A stretch of 64,000 bases of DNA from Amoebidium appalachense (taxonomy: Eukaryota; Protista; Ichthyosporea): NCBI GenBank assembly GCA_963693365.1, contig CAVNZM010000002.1, positions 4,604,259 through 4,668,258 of the forward strand, given 5' to 3'. Position numbers and translations under genes: made by a program. The notes beneath the pieces were generated by a model. It worked only from the letters and a program-made list of their open reading frames with translations. It did no database searches and was not told the DNA's origin. Each line of letters starts with the position of its first letter. Position 1 is the first letter of the stretch. This document shows, one piece after another, positions 49,731 through 63,912 of the stretch.

Positions 49731-51145
49731 GGCGGGGAGAGGGGGGGGGGGGGAAGGGAAGAGAGGGGGGAGGGAGCTTGGGGTCGGTGAATGGGGGAGG
49801 GTAGAGGAAGGGTGGAGGAGCGCGGAGGGATGCCGTTTTACTGTTAGCTGGTGATTGATGTAGAACAGTATCACAGAGAAAATGTGTCGATGTGTGTTTT
49901 CCCAGGATTGACTGAGAGAGATAGAGGATAAGAGAGGAAGAGAGACAGAGAGAAAGTGAGATAGTATTAGAGACCTCTAGTGTGTGTGCCTGTATGCATG
50001 TGCATGCATGCCTGTCACTCACATGAGCAGTTGTACACCCCGTTCGTTGTGTCGTTAGCCGTCTGGGCCACATCAGGCCCTACCGTGACCTTTGTCTGCA
50101 TGTAGCCGATACCACACTGGTCTTTTGCGCAAAAATTGTGGGTGGCGTTGCAGCGGCGATACTCGGGTGGACAGTTGCCCAGAATAGTGGGCCCACACGC
50201 TGTGGATTATGCCACCTGGTTAGTTTGTTTCCCATATGTTTTGCACAAAGGTAGTTGGATATTTCAGCTCACCTTTTGGTTTGGTCTCCCCCCCCCCCCC
50301 CCCCCCCCCCGACACACACACACACACACACAAAACACACACACAGATACACCCCCTTCCACTCGCTAAATGTTTGTATCCTCAACGACCTAAAAAATTG
50401 ACCACTCCGGGCCCGTTAGTAAAAGGCCTGGTTGTTGGAGATACAGCAAGGAGTGTTTGGTGTTGTTGTTTGTCTGGTATATATGTGCGTGCCCGCGCAA
50501 GTGTGTACGTGTGCATGTGGGTGTGTTTGTGGGTGTGGGTGGGTGGGGAGGGGGTGGGGGTGGAGGTGGGGAGTTAACATGCGTTACCGAGTACGGATTA
50601 CACAAAGCACAGATAAAGGTATCATACATCACAGGCAGAGGGGGGTGGAGGGTGGGGTGGGGAGAGAGAGGAGGGGGGCGAAGGAAGGGGGAGGGGAGGA
50701 GGAATGCATACGCAGACACTTGTCGGGCTGGTTGTATTCGGAGTAGAGGAAGAAGCCGGGGGCACAGGCAGGACACGTAGGCAGCCAGGGCACACCGTTG
50801 CACGCGGTGTTGGTGAGGCAGTTTTCGATGGGCTCACACCCTGTGATAATTAGCCAATGGGGTCAGTGGGTTTGATATAGTGTGTGATACAGACTCAACG
50901 GGAAAAGGGAGTGCAAAAGAAAACACTGATGTTTGGAGGGTGTAGAGGGGTGACAATGTGTTGCAGAGTACCAAATGACATATAACATTACCATAGTGTT
51001 TAACAAAAGGGCATACCCAAAGAGTTTGATGTGTGTGTAAGGTCGATGGGTAGGTTGGGGCGGGTGGGTGGGTGGGTGGGTGAGTGGGTGGGGGTGGGGT
51101 GGGGGGAGGGGGGGGGCAATGCGTTGCAGAGCACGAAATACACAT

Positions 51146-51176
<31 letters not shown>

Positions 51177-51558
51177 GTAACAGGGCACACACCGAGACAG
51201 ATTGCACGCTGGTATGTTCCATAGTAGTTCACCGTGGCCACGTCGGGCTTGACAAAGCAACTGATGTTGAATCGGTGGAACAGATCATAATCGGCAAGCG
51301 CAAGCGGGCCCAGAGTCGTCCAGTCTTGCGGGTCCCAGCCAATGTCCGTGAGATTCGATCGGTCCTCGTTCGAGTAAATCCTAAGGAAATACTTGTCTTG
51401 GTAAGAGGTGGGGTAGTCTATGCGGACGCGCCCCGCGTACTGTGATGATTGTTCGTGCCACGAGTCTAACCACCACATCTGCCACAGAGTGTCGTTGAGG
51501 AACTCCGGGCCCATTGTCGTTTCCATCACCAGGCCGAGGACTGTGTGTGTGCGTGTGT

Positions 51559-51637
<79 letters not shown>

Positions 51638-52440
51638 CGCGTGTTCGTGTTTACAAGAAAGGAAAGTTGTCAGCGTCTTGTGTGCCCCACAAAAAAGACT
51701 TGGCTATATGAATACAGAAGCATAGCGTTCATTGCCGCAGTTAAAACACCTGCAAAAATGACGGGAAGAGACTTGGAACACGTGCTGTCGTTTCAGCTCG
51801 TGCTTGCACGGGTTTGTGTGACTGTGTTCATGAAAGTGTGCTCATCCAACCACGTCCGTACGTGTATCTTCTTCGTGACGGAAAGTTGAATGAAAAAGGA
51901 AAGCGTGTAGAGGGGGGTGGGTTGGGGCGAGATGGGGAAGGGGGGAGGAGGGCTGGATTGGGGCAACCAATTTGGGTGGGTGGATTGGTCTTGGTGGCTG
52001 TGGTAATGATAAGCGCGATTTTATGTGTGTGGGGGGGAAGGGGGGGGGGGGGGGGGGGGGGGCGCGGGGGGGTGGACGTGTTTCAGAGTACGGTGTACAC
52101 ATACATTCATGCGCTACACAGCACAGAGCACAGGCAAACAGTGTGCGTTGTGTGTGCACGCGGATGTGTATACGCGCGTGTGTGCCCACACACACATCAA
52201 GGGGGGGGGGGGGGGGTTGGCACGTACCTTCGCACTGTGAGATGACGGGGGAGTTGTACCAATAGGGCCGACACTCTCCAGGCAGGCAGTAGCTGTCCTG
52301 CCCATTCTGGCACACAGTCTTGCCGGGCCGGCACCCCACGGCAGCATTGCACTCTGGAAATATGGAAAAACGGAGGTTTTAGTTTGCAGTTTGTGTTTTT
52401 GTGGGGAGATTTGTAAGGGGTCGGTTATGTTTTTTTCCGC

Positions 52441-52499
<59 letters not shown>

Positions 52500-54116
52500 G
52501 GGGGATAAGAGATGATGTCGTTGGAACTGGCTGCTTAAAGAACCGAAACAGGGTGGCGGTCTTTTAATCTGAGCACATGCCCCCTTTCCTCCCCCCTCCC
52601 CCACCCCCCTCCCCCCACCCCAATGTGTGTGAGTTGTTCCTGATGCAACGACGGAAGCCAATATTCAAGTTCACAAGTTTGCAATGTTTCAAATCTCTTC
52701 TTGGAGTCCATCTTTCATAGCAGGCACATTGGAAGTATCTGGTGTGATCGGATGAATGTGAGAAAATAGGGTTGTATTCGACCGAAATATTCCTCCCTAG
52801 TGGTCGGGTGCGCTTATTATAGTTCGACGTGATTCAGTAAATTGCTACAGCAGTGATTTGATTGGGCCACGTACCGATGCACGACGAGTTGGGCTGGAGC
52901 AGACTGTTGTAGTAACCCACGTTGCACTTGTTCTTTAAGCAGGTGCTAAGGGTTGCATCCACACAGAACGTGTTGTTGACGCTGCACCCAAGGGTGGGCT
53001 GGCACGCTGCATTAAAGAAAACCCGGTGTCAGTGAGTTTACAACAACATGGTGCGTGCGTTTCTGTGTCCATGTGTGGGTGTGAGTAGGAGGAAGGGGGG
53101 TTGAACAATCACTACGGATAATTACAGAATGCAGATTGGGGGTGGAGGGTGGGGTGGGGTGGGGTGGGGTGGGTGGGTGGGTGGGTGGGGGGAGGGCGAG
53201 GAGGAGGGGACAGGGGCAGGCGGATACATGATGGCAATGTTTGTCGTGGGTTGCAGGTTGTGTGTCACATGTGTCTGTATGCCCAGGCATGCATGTGCAT
53301 TTACAGTCAGATGCGCGTGTTAAGTGTGCCATCAAACTTACATGTATGTGTGCGTGCGCACATGTATGATTGTGCCGTACTTTGTGAATACTGTAGACTC
53401 ATATGGGCCGGGGAGAGAAAAAAAGTGTGTGGGGGGTGTGTGGGAAGGGGGGGACAAAGAAACCGTACGTGCGCATGTCTGGGTTCCCCTGTTGAAGTAG
53501 TTTCCTGGACCGCAGTTGGTACACTCCGTCGCCGTACAGTTGAGACATAGGGGGCCGAACTTGTTGCAGGCTGCATGACATTGCGCCAATGAGCGCCGAG
53601 CATTCCTAATAAATTTCTACAAAAGTTTGCCGCAACTTGGAGCATAGTTAAAGGTGCGGCAACCTTCTGCAAACTAGCCTATGACTCGTGAACAGTATAA
53701 TGTTGGGCTTATAAACAAATGCTGGTCATCTGCAGATATCATCCGATATACCTAAAAGGAAAGAAGGCAACCACTCTTTCTTTATTTGGGCAACCGGGCA
53801 TCTGGGAGTCCATACCCCACATTTGGAGAATACGGGGCGACTCAAATTCTATAGCAATAGAACATTCAGAAGCTACCTAGTCCTTGTATTTTTGGTATGC
53901 CGTGGCGTGCATATTTTGGGGCAATATAAATACAGCTGTGCATTTGTACATATGAATGAGCGAATGTGGATGGATGGACGGGCGAGGAGGAGTGAGGGGT
54001 GATTGTAGCATACATTTAGTTTAGCGCAATATACACGTGACTGTGTGGGTTTGTTTAGCGGCCGGTGCGGTTGGAGGGGGAGGGGGTGAGAAGGGTATGT
54101 ATGCGTGTGTGTGTGT

Positions 54117-54147
<31 letters not shown>

Positions 54148-54275
54148 GGGGGGGGATGGGGTGTTACTTACTTGTGCAAACGCCCTTCATAGGGTCAAAG
54201 TAGTTGTACTGACCACAGTCAAGACAGGCAGTGCTGTTGCAGAGAACACAAGTCTGGTTGAACTTCGCCTTACAG

Positions 54276-54344
<69 letters not shown>

Positions 54345-54606
54345 AGGTTGTGTTTCACGGGTGTGATATGTCAGCGAGTGTACACATGCAGGTGTGCATG
54401 TTCGTGTGTCCGCGCTCGTATGTACGATTGTGTGCGTGACAAGGAGGAGGACGTAAAGGCAAAAACGGGGAGGGTAAAAGAACGTTGGTCAGAACGGGAA
54501 GAGTAACAAAGAGACCTTAGAAGAAGCTGGCAGTGTCCCTACCCAACTTCAAATTTGCCCGCCTTTGTCTCCCTAAATAGTGCCCCCCCCCCCCGCCCCC
54601 TCCCCC

Positions 54607-54643
<37 letters not shown>

Positions 54644-55871
54644 CTTCACCCTTTAACACCCCTGCCCCCCTTCTATCGTGTCCCTAACCCTGCACCGCAT
54701 AATACCAAACACCATCATACATCACGATGAGCAAGCTTACACGAATTCCAACATTCCATATGAATACCGCTTCTTGTTGGGATTCTGAATCAAGTTGCTG
54801 TAACCCAATCGGCTTGGTTGTGGATCGACTGGCGTAAATTTTCACCCTACTTGCATGTGTGGCTCGTTTTCAGAGGACAAACAAATCGAAAAATGTGGTG
54901 CATCTAAGTTGGGTGGCTCTGACTTTCCCAGGGGGATTTCGTGGGTGATTCTGGCTTTCCGTTCTCTCACACATGCATTGGTCCCGCTGGTGTGTCCCAT
55001 AAACTCCAACACACATTAGCAGTATGTGACATGTGGTGCGTGCGTGGCGAATAGTGTGGTTATTGGTGCTAGAACCACACAAACATTTGATATCTGGGTC
55101 TGGTTGCATAAATTATATAAGGCAAACAATCTGTGCAGAAAGGGCATTTTGATTTACTAGTAGACAGCTGAAGTAGGTATGTTTATAGCAAACAACGGCA
55201 TTTTCTGCAATCCATGTAGTGAGCTTCAGGGCACGTGTTGTCATACTACCGCGTGCACACCGTGGGCGGGGGAGTATCTATCGGTATGCACACAGTACAT
55301 AGAAATTGGTACTATACATGGGAGCTCACAATCAGCACTTACTCTGGCACGGGCTTCCAGTGAGAATAGTCTCGTCGTTAAAGAACCCATCAATACATTC
55401 GCCCGGGCGACACACGGCCTTATCTCCCAGACACACGCTCTTGCGCGGCTGGCAGTTTTCGGCAAATGCGCAAGTAAGACCCGTGGTCGGAATGGTGCGT
55501 GTGGGAGTACTGCTACTCGAGCTGCTGCTAGAGCCAATACTGCTTGTTATGAATAGTGTGGATGTGAGTGTGTTTGTGCTTTGTGAGAGAACGGTGCTGG
55601 TGGCTGGCAGGGGTGTAATGACAACTGTGCTCGTGATAGTTGTCTGTGCCACGGTGGTTGTCCCTGTTACAGACGTTGTTCTAGTTGTGGTGGTGGTGGA
55701 CGTGCTTGCAGTGAAAGTGGTTGTGGTGACCTGTGTGCCCAAATCTTGTGTTGTGACAGTCGATATTGTCAATTGGGGAAGGGTAGAGAACCCTGTGACA
55801 GGTTCAAGAACCTGGCCCGCCGCAGAGGCGACGAGCCAGGAAAGGGCGAGAGCTAACTTAGCCCTCATCAT
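44028..55871 (-). CDS. Secreted modular protein: signal peptide, Thr/Ser mucin-like stalk, furin/TNFR-like cysteine-rich repeats, two Cys-poor domains and an acidic tail (17 exons, ~1236 aa)
   Basis: Exons 55871-55343, 54276-54172, 53570-53469, 53006-52875, 52353-52228, 51540-51193, 50840-50712, 50199-50023, 49641-49477, 49088-48912, 48550-48368, 48057-47917, 47490-47330, 46723-46639, 46082-45948, 45492-44911 and 44461-44028 join in frame (3711 nt). Signal-like MMRAKLALALSWLVASAAG; repeated CxxC...CxxGYY motifs; TNFR-like CTKCNYSFQWRRVPCSTFIDTQC. No transmembrane helix is visible. The donor at 46638 is weak. Confidence 0.85.
46280..46400 (-). repeat. Dispersed poly-C-flanked element, diverged copy (Cys-rich gene intron)
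   Basis: Reverse complement TGAGGATGGACTATGTTTATGGTGCAT...GTGCTATGCAA...TGTATTGTGTT...TACTCTGTAACGCACTAGAACACCCCC. Confidence 0.65.
47585..47705 (-). repeat. Dispersed poly-C-flanked element, diverged copy (Cys-rich gene intron)
   Basis: Reverse complement CCCCCTTAGGATGAGCTCTACTTATGGTGCAT...GCTTTGCAGG...GTTCTGTGACGCAAAC. Confidence 0.65.
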
Positions 55872-57431
55872 TGACGCTGCCCCTAAAGACTGATTCCTGG
55901 TCTTACTACCTTTCACCTAAGCTAGCCTTTGGAGAGTCATAAGCTTGCATGAGTTACTAGGCTCTTTCTACAAGGTCCAAAAGGAAAAAACATGAATTCA
56001 CCAGGGCAAAGGCACAGACTCTCGCCGCTCACTCTGGCTGAGTGACCATTCGCGCACACGGTAAGTGTTGTTACTAAGGGTTGTCCTGTGCATTCCGGAT
56101 TGGTCGACTTAGAAGCACCAACCACCCAACGTCCAGCACTGTAGCTGATTTGTAACGAATCAAAATGTTGTACAGCTCAATACACATTATGATTAGCCTA
56201 CATAAAAACTTAAACCAATAAAATAGACATACTTCTCATGTCTCCAGGTAGTTTTGTCTATATGTTGATTGGACTATCTGTGTACAATATAGATGAGTGA
56301 TAAATAACCAACCAGAATGGACCATAGGCTTTGCCGGTACCGTTGTTGAGCTTCGAACATCCAAAATAGCAGCACCCCTTCATTTCCAAGATGTTAAAAG
56401 TAAAGAAAGAGTTTTACCGAATTTAAAATATGATATAATATTCTATTTTTTATATGTTTGGATATAAACTGGAATCTTTGACGCACCAGGTATCGCTTAC
56501 GGTATGACGGACAGCCAGTCAGATCACGCGGCGTATCTAGCCCAAAGTTCCGCCTGTAGATCGATGGCGGCACGGTGACGGGAAGGAAAGTGTAAAAAAA
56601 CAATTGCCATAAGCGCTTACCGGCTACGCGGCTACATACTATTACTTTATAAAGTTCTTGTCAACAGTCCAAGTTCTTTCGACCCCAAGTGTACAGTACG
56701 AAATACGACCTGCGCGTTGTTGCTAGGGTGGCGGATATCTCCAGCCAATCAGCGATTATCAAAGCAGATTCGGTTACATTCCACTGAAGATCCATAAACA
56801 CAACCGGTTGCTGTACATCGAATGCACAAGCTAACTTCGTTCAGTCAAGTTTTTGCGCCCTTTTATGAGCATGTTTTCCACTGCTGATGGTGAACATGCA
56901 CTTGAAATGCACACGTCGCTAGGCAGGACACGGATGCGCCATGGAAAATACGCACAACGACACCACGACAAGCCATGAAATGTAGACGTGTGTCACTACT
57001 TAATGTATACAGGGAAACTGCATCACGGTATGCTTTGATGAGCAATCCGTGGGGCCTTACATTCGCTACTGGTACATGTCATGACATGCATATGTAGCTA
57101 CAAGCCATGGCCAGCCACACCGTACACACACATAGAACAGGTGAATGCAGAGAAAAATGATTCTTATATAGATAATCACAATAAACATGCGTGTTGCTGT
57201 ACATCTGCATGCTCGGGCCAGTCAAATATATGGGACATACCGGTGATGCTAGCGCTCGAATTCTCGCAGTTAATGTTTGAGGCTCCCACATCATCACGTG
57301 GCACACAGTGTCGTCGTCTTGACAACACACACGATTTCAGTTGGACACACACACGCAAGCTTACATACCCCAAACATAAACGTGGCACTGCCAAACGTGT
57401 ACAACACACACAACAGCACACAGGTCTAGAG

Positions 57432-57481
57432 ATACTGCTACGTTAATAATAATACTGCTACGTTAATAATACTGCTACGTT
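57432..57481. repeat. Three tandem copies of ATACTGCTACGTT(AATAAT)
   Basis: Copies at 57432, 57452 and 57469. Confidence 0.85.
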
Positions 57482-57611
57482 GATTAATGATAGATAATCA
57501 TGATGATACACACGCACGTCACTTAAGTTTGTTTAATAGTTTCAACACAGCACCATCGCATATGCCCATGCGTGCCGTAGTGCATGGTGTGCACTGCACA
57601 CACACACCGCG

Positions 57612-57773
<162 letters not shown>

Positions 57774-57926
57774 GCACACGCAGACACACACACACATACG
57801 CGACACACTGACACACGGTACCATGTATACACACACGCGCGTAGGCACACGCCCGTACCACAATATGATACACACGCACACACACATATATCTGACAATA
57901 TCTACCTGCCCACCCACCCATATTTA

Positions 57927-57966
<40 letters not shown>

Positions 57967-58683
57967 TGGTTACACCGTATTATGATATCACACCCGTTAC
58001 ACCGTACATGCACACGTGTGCGCCCACTCTCACACCACACATGTACACACACACAGGCACACATGTACACACGCGCACATACACACTCAGCTGCAGTCAT
58101 ATCATCCCCCCCCCTTTTTTTTTTTTTTTCTTTTTTTAATCCCGTTTTGTTCCCGGAGGTGCCCCTAGGGGCCCTCAGGGGGAACTATCGTCTTCCACCC
58201 AGCACCGACAGTACTCTAGCTAGGGTGCTGCGATGCTATTAGCTAAACTAACACACCTATAACAATCCTAACTACATGTACACACTTTGCCCAGGGTATC
58301 AACCCCAAGTCATATCATCACACATGCATCCATACACACACTCACACATACACACAGAAAGAAACGAACAAACACACACGTGCACACACTCACCCACCCA
58401 CTGTGATACACACACACTCCCACTCACATGGACACACACACACACACACACAGTGTACACACACACACTCACACACACACAGTCACACACCCACATAAGC
58501 AGAAATGCACACCCACACAGAGAACTATTACAAGGACGCAACATAAGCATGCCTGTGCGTTGAGTACGTGTACACGTCTAAGATATCTGCGCACCCACGT
58601 TACACATGCACACCTAATGTTACATACATACTAATGTTGCCAACCTATGCCTTGCAACACATATACTTGTGATACGGTTTGGG

Positions 58684-58722
<39 letters not shown>

Positions 58723-59467
58723 TTGTGTTTTGGTTTGGTTTTGGTTTTGTTGTCCGTTTTGTTTTTGTTCTCGTGTAGTAAATGACAATAATGACTAACA
58801 CAGGGGTGTAGTCCACAATCTATGTACATATCCACGAGCCCATGTCGTGTCACCGAATATCCCGGAGACAGCGGCCAATGAAGTGCAATAGTATTTCAAT
58901 GATCCCGTACATGCACACACAAGCACACACGATTTCTACATTTCTACACACAGACACACGTAAACACACACACACACACACACCCCAACACCAACATCCA
59001 ACCACACCCAGGAGTGTGCTCCCTTTGACCTTTTTGAAATTCATGTCCAACACATGTACACCACGAGTATTGAAATGACATGATATGTTACCGAGGCTTT
59101 CCGTAAGTGTTTGAGCTTGCAACAATAAAGATTGGTTTGACGTTTCGCTGGTCGAAACCTGAGCACCACTCGGTACTTATATTATTCTGCCAAAACCTAA
59201 TTAAACGAGGAAAAAACACAATAGGTGTGCATCGCATTTACTATCCTAATCTGAGCCTGGGAGCAATCAAGTGCAGAATTCTTTTCATGGGCTATCAACA
59301 TCACCACACAAACAAAAACCATCCTGTGTACCCTTGTCAAGGTGTTTGTTTATGTATTTGTCAGGCAACACTGGAGAGATAGGCAACGAAAGCCAAGGGA
59401 TCCATCCCCCCCCCCCCCCCCCCCCCCCCCCTCCGCTCCCCTGCCCCCACGCTCCCTCCCCCGGCCC

Positions 59468-59507
<40 letters not shown>

Positions 59508-59703
59508 CAGACGCCCACCCACCTACAGACACACTCCGTAGCACACACACATGCATCGCCAACCCATCCTTTTCCTCTTACACTCTTATCCTACATGCCA
59601 GCAAGCACGTGCGATAAATAAAGTGTTCCACAACACCACTTTTGACTATTCCTCCCTTCACCAACCGGCCATACCGGATAAATGTTTTTGGAATCTACCA
59701 GAT

Positions 59704-60111
59704 CTAATCCTCCATGGGATCACCCTCCACGCCTTCTGATTGAGCGCTCTGATTCGCTGATTCCATCGGTTTCTGCGGCGGAATGTGGTACTTGCCCGTA
59801 TCTACCTTCCATAAAAGGTCATCAAGTACCATCCGCCCAACCACATTTGGTATCGTTTCGCACACGGGCTTACACAGGATTGGACGCAAATCACTCGGAG
59901 GTCGTGTCTCATCCGGGCCGCAGATTTCTGTTGGCAGGAACGCGAACTTCGGCCCAAAATTTACGGTCACAGACGCTTGCATGTAGAGTGAAACGGCAGG
60001 GTAGTAGAGACCCCCGTTGATGTTTTCGAATGCCACACCCTGACACTTGCCGTTTTTGTAGTAGACAAGTTTGCTGTGTGTGTGTGTGTGTGTGTGCGTG
60101 TGTGTGCGTGT

Positions 60112-60163
<52 letters not shown>

Positions 60164-61108
60164 AGGCCTGGGCGTGAGTGTGTGCATGTATCGTGTGGAT
60201 GTAAGTGTGTGTCTGCATGAGTACATGCATGGGCACGTGGACCTGCACGTGTGTGTTTGTGTGCACACTGTTTATAATGCGAGGAGAAATGAAGGGAGAG
60301 AGTGTCGGGAAGAGGGTGGTGGAGATGGTGGTGATTGGGGGGAGAGGGGGGGGGGCATGGTTTGGAGGGCAAGAGAGGGAGAGCAGGAGAGAGGTGTAGA
60401 ACGAGAGAGGGAAGAGAGAGAGAGCGAAGAGGGAGAAGTAGAGGTAGAGGTTCAGCGTAACTTCAGCGCCCTCCTTGTCTCCTACGTCATGCCCTCTACC
60501 CCCCCCCCCCCCCCCCCCGGCCACCACAATGGCTAGCCACATGTTTTGCTCCTTGCCAAGACGAGGCCACCCTCCAACTAACCACCATTCTTTCCAAGTT
60601 CAAACATAACCTAGCCCCCCCCCCCCCCCCCCCCCCCCCTCCCCCCCTCCCGGGGGGGGAAAAAAAGCATGCCACAAGAACAAGCAAACACCAACAGGAC
60701 CAACAAAATAAACAGGTATAAAACCACTAGCAAACCAAACCGTGCACACATGCAACCATGTAAACACCACCAACATATTCGAGCTTCATGTGAGGGGAAC
60801 CAAAGAGAAATACGAAAAAGAAACACACGAACGCTGGAACACCCTAAAGAGAAATACGAAAAAGAATCACACGAACGCTGGAACACCCATTCTACATACG
60901 AAAACCCACAGTAGAAACCACAGTGATCACACAAGATCACCCACCTGCCAGGCACAGCTTGGAGGGTCTTTTTAGCCGCGTCTCTATCGTCCTTGACTTC
61001 AAAAAACGTCATTGTTCGGTAGTCGACTACTTTGCCAACGTCCGGATCCGTGCCCAGGAGGAACGGTTTGCCTAGTGTGGGGCCCCAGGGAGAAGGCTTT
61101 GCCTGCTG

Positions 61109-61148
<40 letters not shown>

Positions 61149-61404
61149 TGGGTATGTCTGCACGAGTATGTATGTGCGTATGCGAATCAGTGAGTGGGGA
61201 AATATGACCGTGTGTGTGAAACGTGTACGTGAAAATGCACGAACGAGTGTGCAACAATCTTAAAACAGGTGTACCCAAACGAGAACGGGATGAGGGTAAA
61301 GCAGGTGAATGCAGAGCCGAGGAGAGAGAAGAACCATGATACTGATGCGAAGGGTGAAATCAAACAGATGGAGGGGTCATGTGTATGTGTGTGTGTGTGT
61401 GCGT

Positions 61405-61445
<41 letters not shown>

Positions 61446-61682
61446 CGCGTGTGTGTGTGTGTTGCTACCTGTATGCACACGTGCGCGTGCTCTTGTGCCT
61501 GTCGGTATGAGTAATTCCTGGTGGTGGTGGGGTTTTTCTTAACCCAACCCCGAGGCAAGGCTCGGGGGGGGGGGGGGGGGGAGGGGGGGATAATATTGCG
61601 CTACAGGGTACAACATATGCATTCACGACGAAACACAATGCACACGCACACCCCACACACACGATGGGGAGGGGGAGAGGCG

Positions 61683-61714
<32 letters not shown>

Positions 61715-61902
61715 GGGGAGAGGGAGGTTCGGCCTCAAGCCACAATACAGACGCACACCTGCAGCCAAAGAAAAACACAAAAACAAAACAGGAATGGCCG
61801 GGTCCAAGTATCGACCGGGGGCCATCAACATTTCTGTCCTAGCAGAGCATGAGACAAGGTGGCGTTCCCGATCGCATCAACCGAGGGAAGAGGAAGAGGA
61901 TG

Positions 61903-61935
<33 letters not shown>

Positions 61936-62159
61936 TACCGTTTCTGTAGAGGCCTTTTCTGGTTTTGATTGGGCGCGACTCTTTTTGCATAACCTCTCCA
62001 CCAATGACGCAGGGGGAATGTGGATCAGCAGACCAATCACATCGCCTGGGCCATATCCAGTGCCGTAATCCTTGCCTCTGCTCTGATGGAATACACTGGA
62101 AGGATCGTCCCTCCAGCTGTAGCCGAAATCATCGTAGCCACAGGGTGCCTGGAGCATGG

Positions 62160-62254
<95 letters not shown>

Positions 62255-62563
62255 CGTGCGTGCGTTGTGAGTGATTGGGTGCCTGCTCACGAGCGGGGAA
62301 TGTGCACGGATGAAAGGGAAAGAAACGAAGCAGGGAGTGTGCACCGATGACAAGGAAACGGAACAAGGAGTGTACATGGATGAAAGGGAAAAAAAAGAAA
62401 CAAGGAGTGTGCATGGACGGTGCCCACAAAGTGCACAATGAGGCAAAGCAACGGGGTGCTTGAATTTACTTCAATTCCTCTAAGTTCTTGCCTTTTCTTC
62501 TTCTTCTACTTTTTAGAGTGTGTGAGTCTGAGTGTGAGTGTCTGAGTGTGAGTGTGAGCTTGA

Positions 62564-62642
<79 letters not shown>

Positions 62643-63319
62643 TGTGTGTGCGTGTGTGGGTGTGTGTGTGTATGTGTGTACCCGTGTGCGTGTGTGTGTG
62701 TTTGTGTGTGCGCGCTTGCGCTGTGGCGTGTGATTGTGTGTTGTGTATGTGCAGGTGTACGTCTGCGTGTGTGTGTGTGTGTGTGTGCGAGCACATGTGT
62801 GTGTAGGTGTGTTACTCTCACCGTGCTCCTGGGCCCATCCAATGCGTGTGTGTGCATTCTGGTTGTTGCTAGGGTTAACCGTCACCTCGTAGTACCACGT
62901 GCCCTCTCCTGCGCCCAATCAGAACCCATCAGGACGCGGTGTCTTGCCACGTGAGGTTTAACCTTTTGCAGATCTTCAATCAGTGGGTAGGGATCAAAGG
63001 GAGGAAGAGGAAAGGACAGGTGGTAGAGGTAAGGGGGGAGGCATTAAAATGTGTGTGCAGGGTTCCGGGAAACAGAAGGAGTAGATTGGGTCTGGCTGGG
63101 CTTGGGGCATGGGGGGTTGGAGGAGGGGGGATGGAGGAAGGGGGGAGGGAGATGGTCGGTGGGTGGGTGGGTGGGTGGGGGGGTAGGGGGGGAGGGGGGA
63201 GGGGGGGGACACCGATCATTGAAATCCAGCAACAGTATCACTTCCCATCCTTTTGAATAGGGATAGCTCAAACACACAGGCCAAACAGATCTGATCGCAT
63301 AAAAAGACGGAAGATGTCC

Positions 63320-63366
<47 letters not shown>

Positions 63367-63912
63367 TGTGTCTGTGTGTGTTTGTGGAGGGTACCGTGTT
63401 GGTGGGTGGGTGGAGGGGTGGGGGGTTGGGGATGAGGGCAGGGAATGGGGGATGGGGGACGGGGTGGGGTGGGGTGGGGTGGGGTGGGAGTGGGGGAGTG
63501 GGGGGAGGGGGGTGGAGGGTGGTGGTGGTGGTGGTGGGGGGGGGGGGGGGGAGAGGATGTTGCAGAGCACGGAGTGACACATTCACGACGGATCACATGG
63601 AATACTCCCAGATTCGCAAGCACACACAGAGAGTAAACATCAGGGGGGTAGAATGTATACTAAGAAACATATACAAGGAAACATATTTCAAACTTGCAAA
63701 GCATAACCAAAGAATATACATCATAGGAAGAGCCCATGCGCAGGAGGAGGGCAAAACCATCCACCGTAGCCGAGTCTGGAATGGGGCAGGGGCAGGGGGG
63801 AGGGGGGGGGGCGCAAACGGACCGACAGGCCAGCTGGCACGTGCTGTGCAGTAGCCCTTTTCTCCCGTCACGGTCATACAGTCCTCGGATAGAAGAAGTT
63901 GGGGTGCTATGT

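Noticed and set aside
52790-52835. tRNA-like A-box and B-box fragments (CCTAGTGGTC...GTTCGAC)
   Set aside because: No cloverleaf or acceptor stem can be formed and the spacing is too short.
54741-54830. Candidate additional exon of the Cys-rich gene ending at a GTAAGC donor
   Set aside because: It would break the phase-1 frame between exons 1 and 2 and encodes no cysteine module.
55179-55893. Plus-strand ORFs 55179-55556 and 55306-55893
   Set aside because: They are antisense shadows of the Thr-rich first exon of the minus-strand gene.
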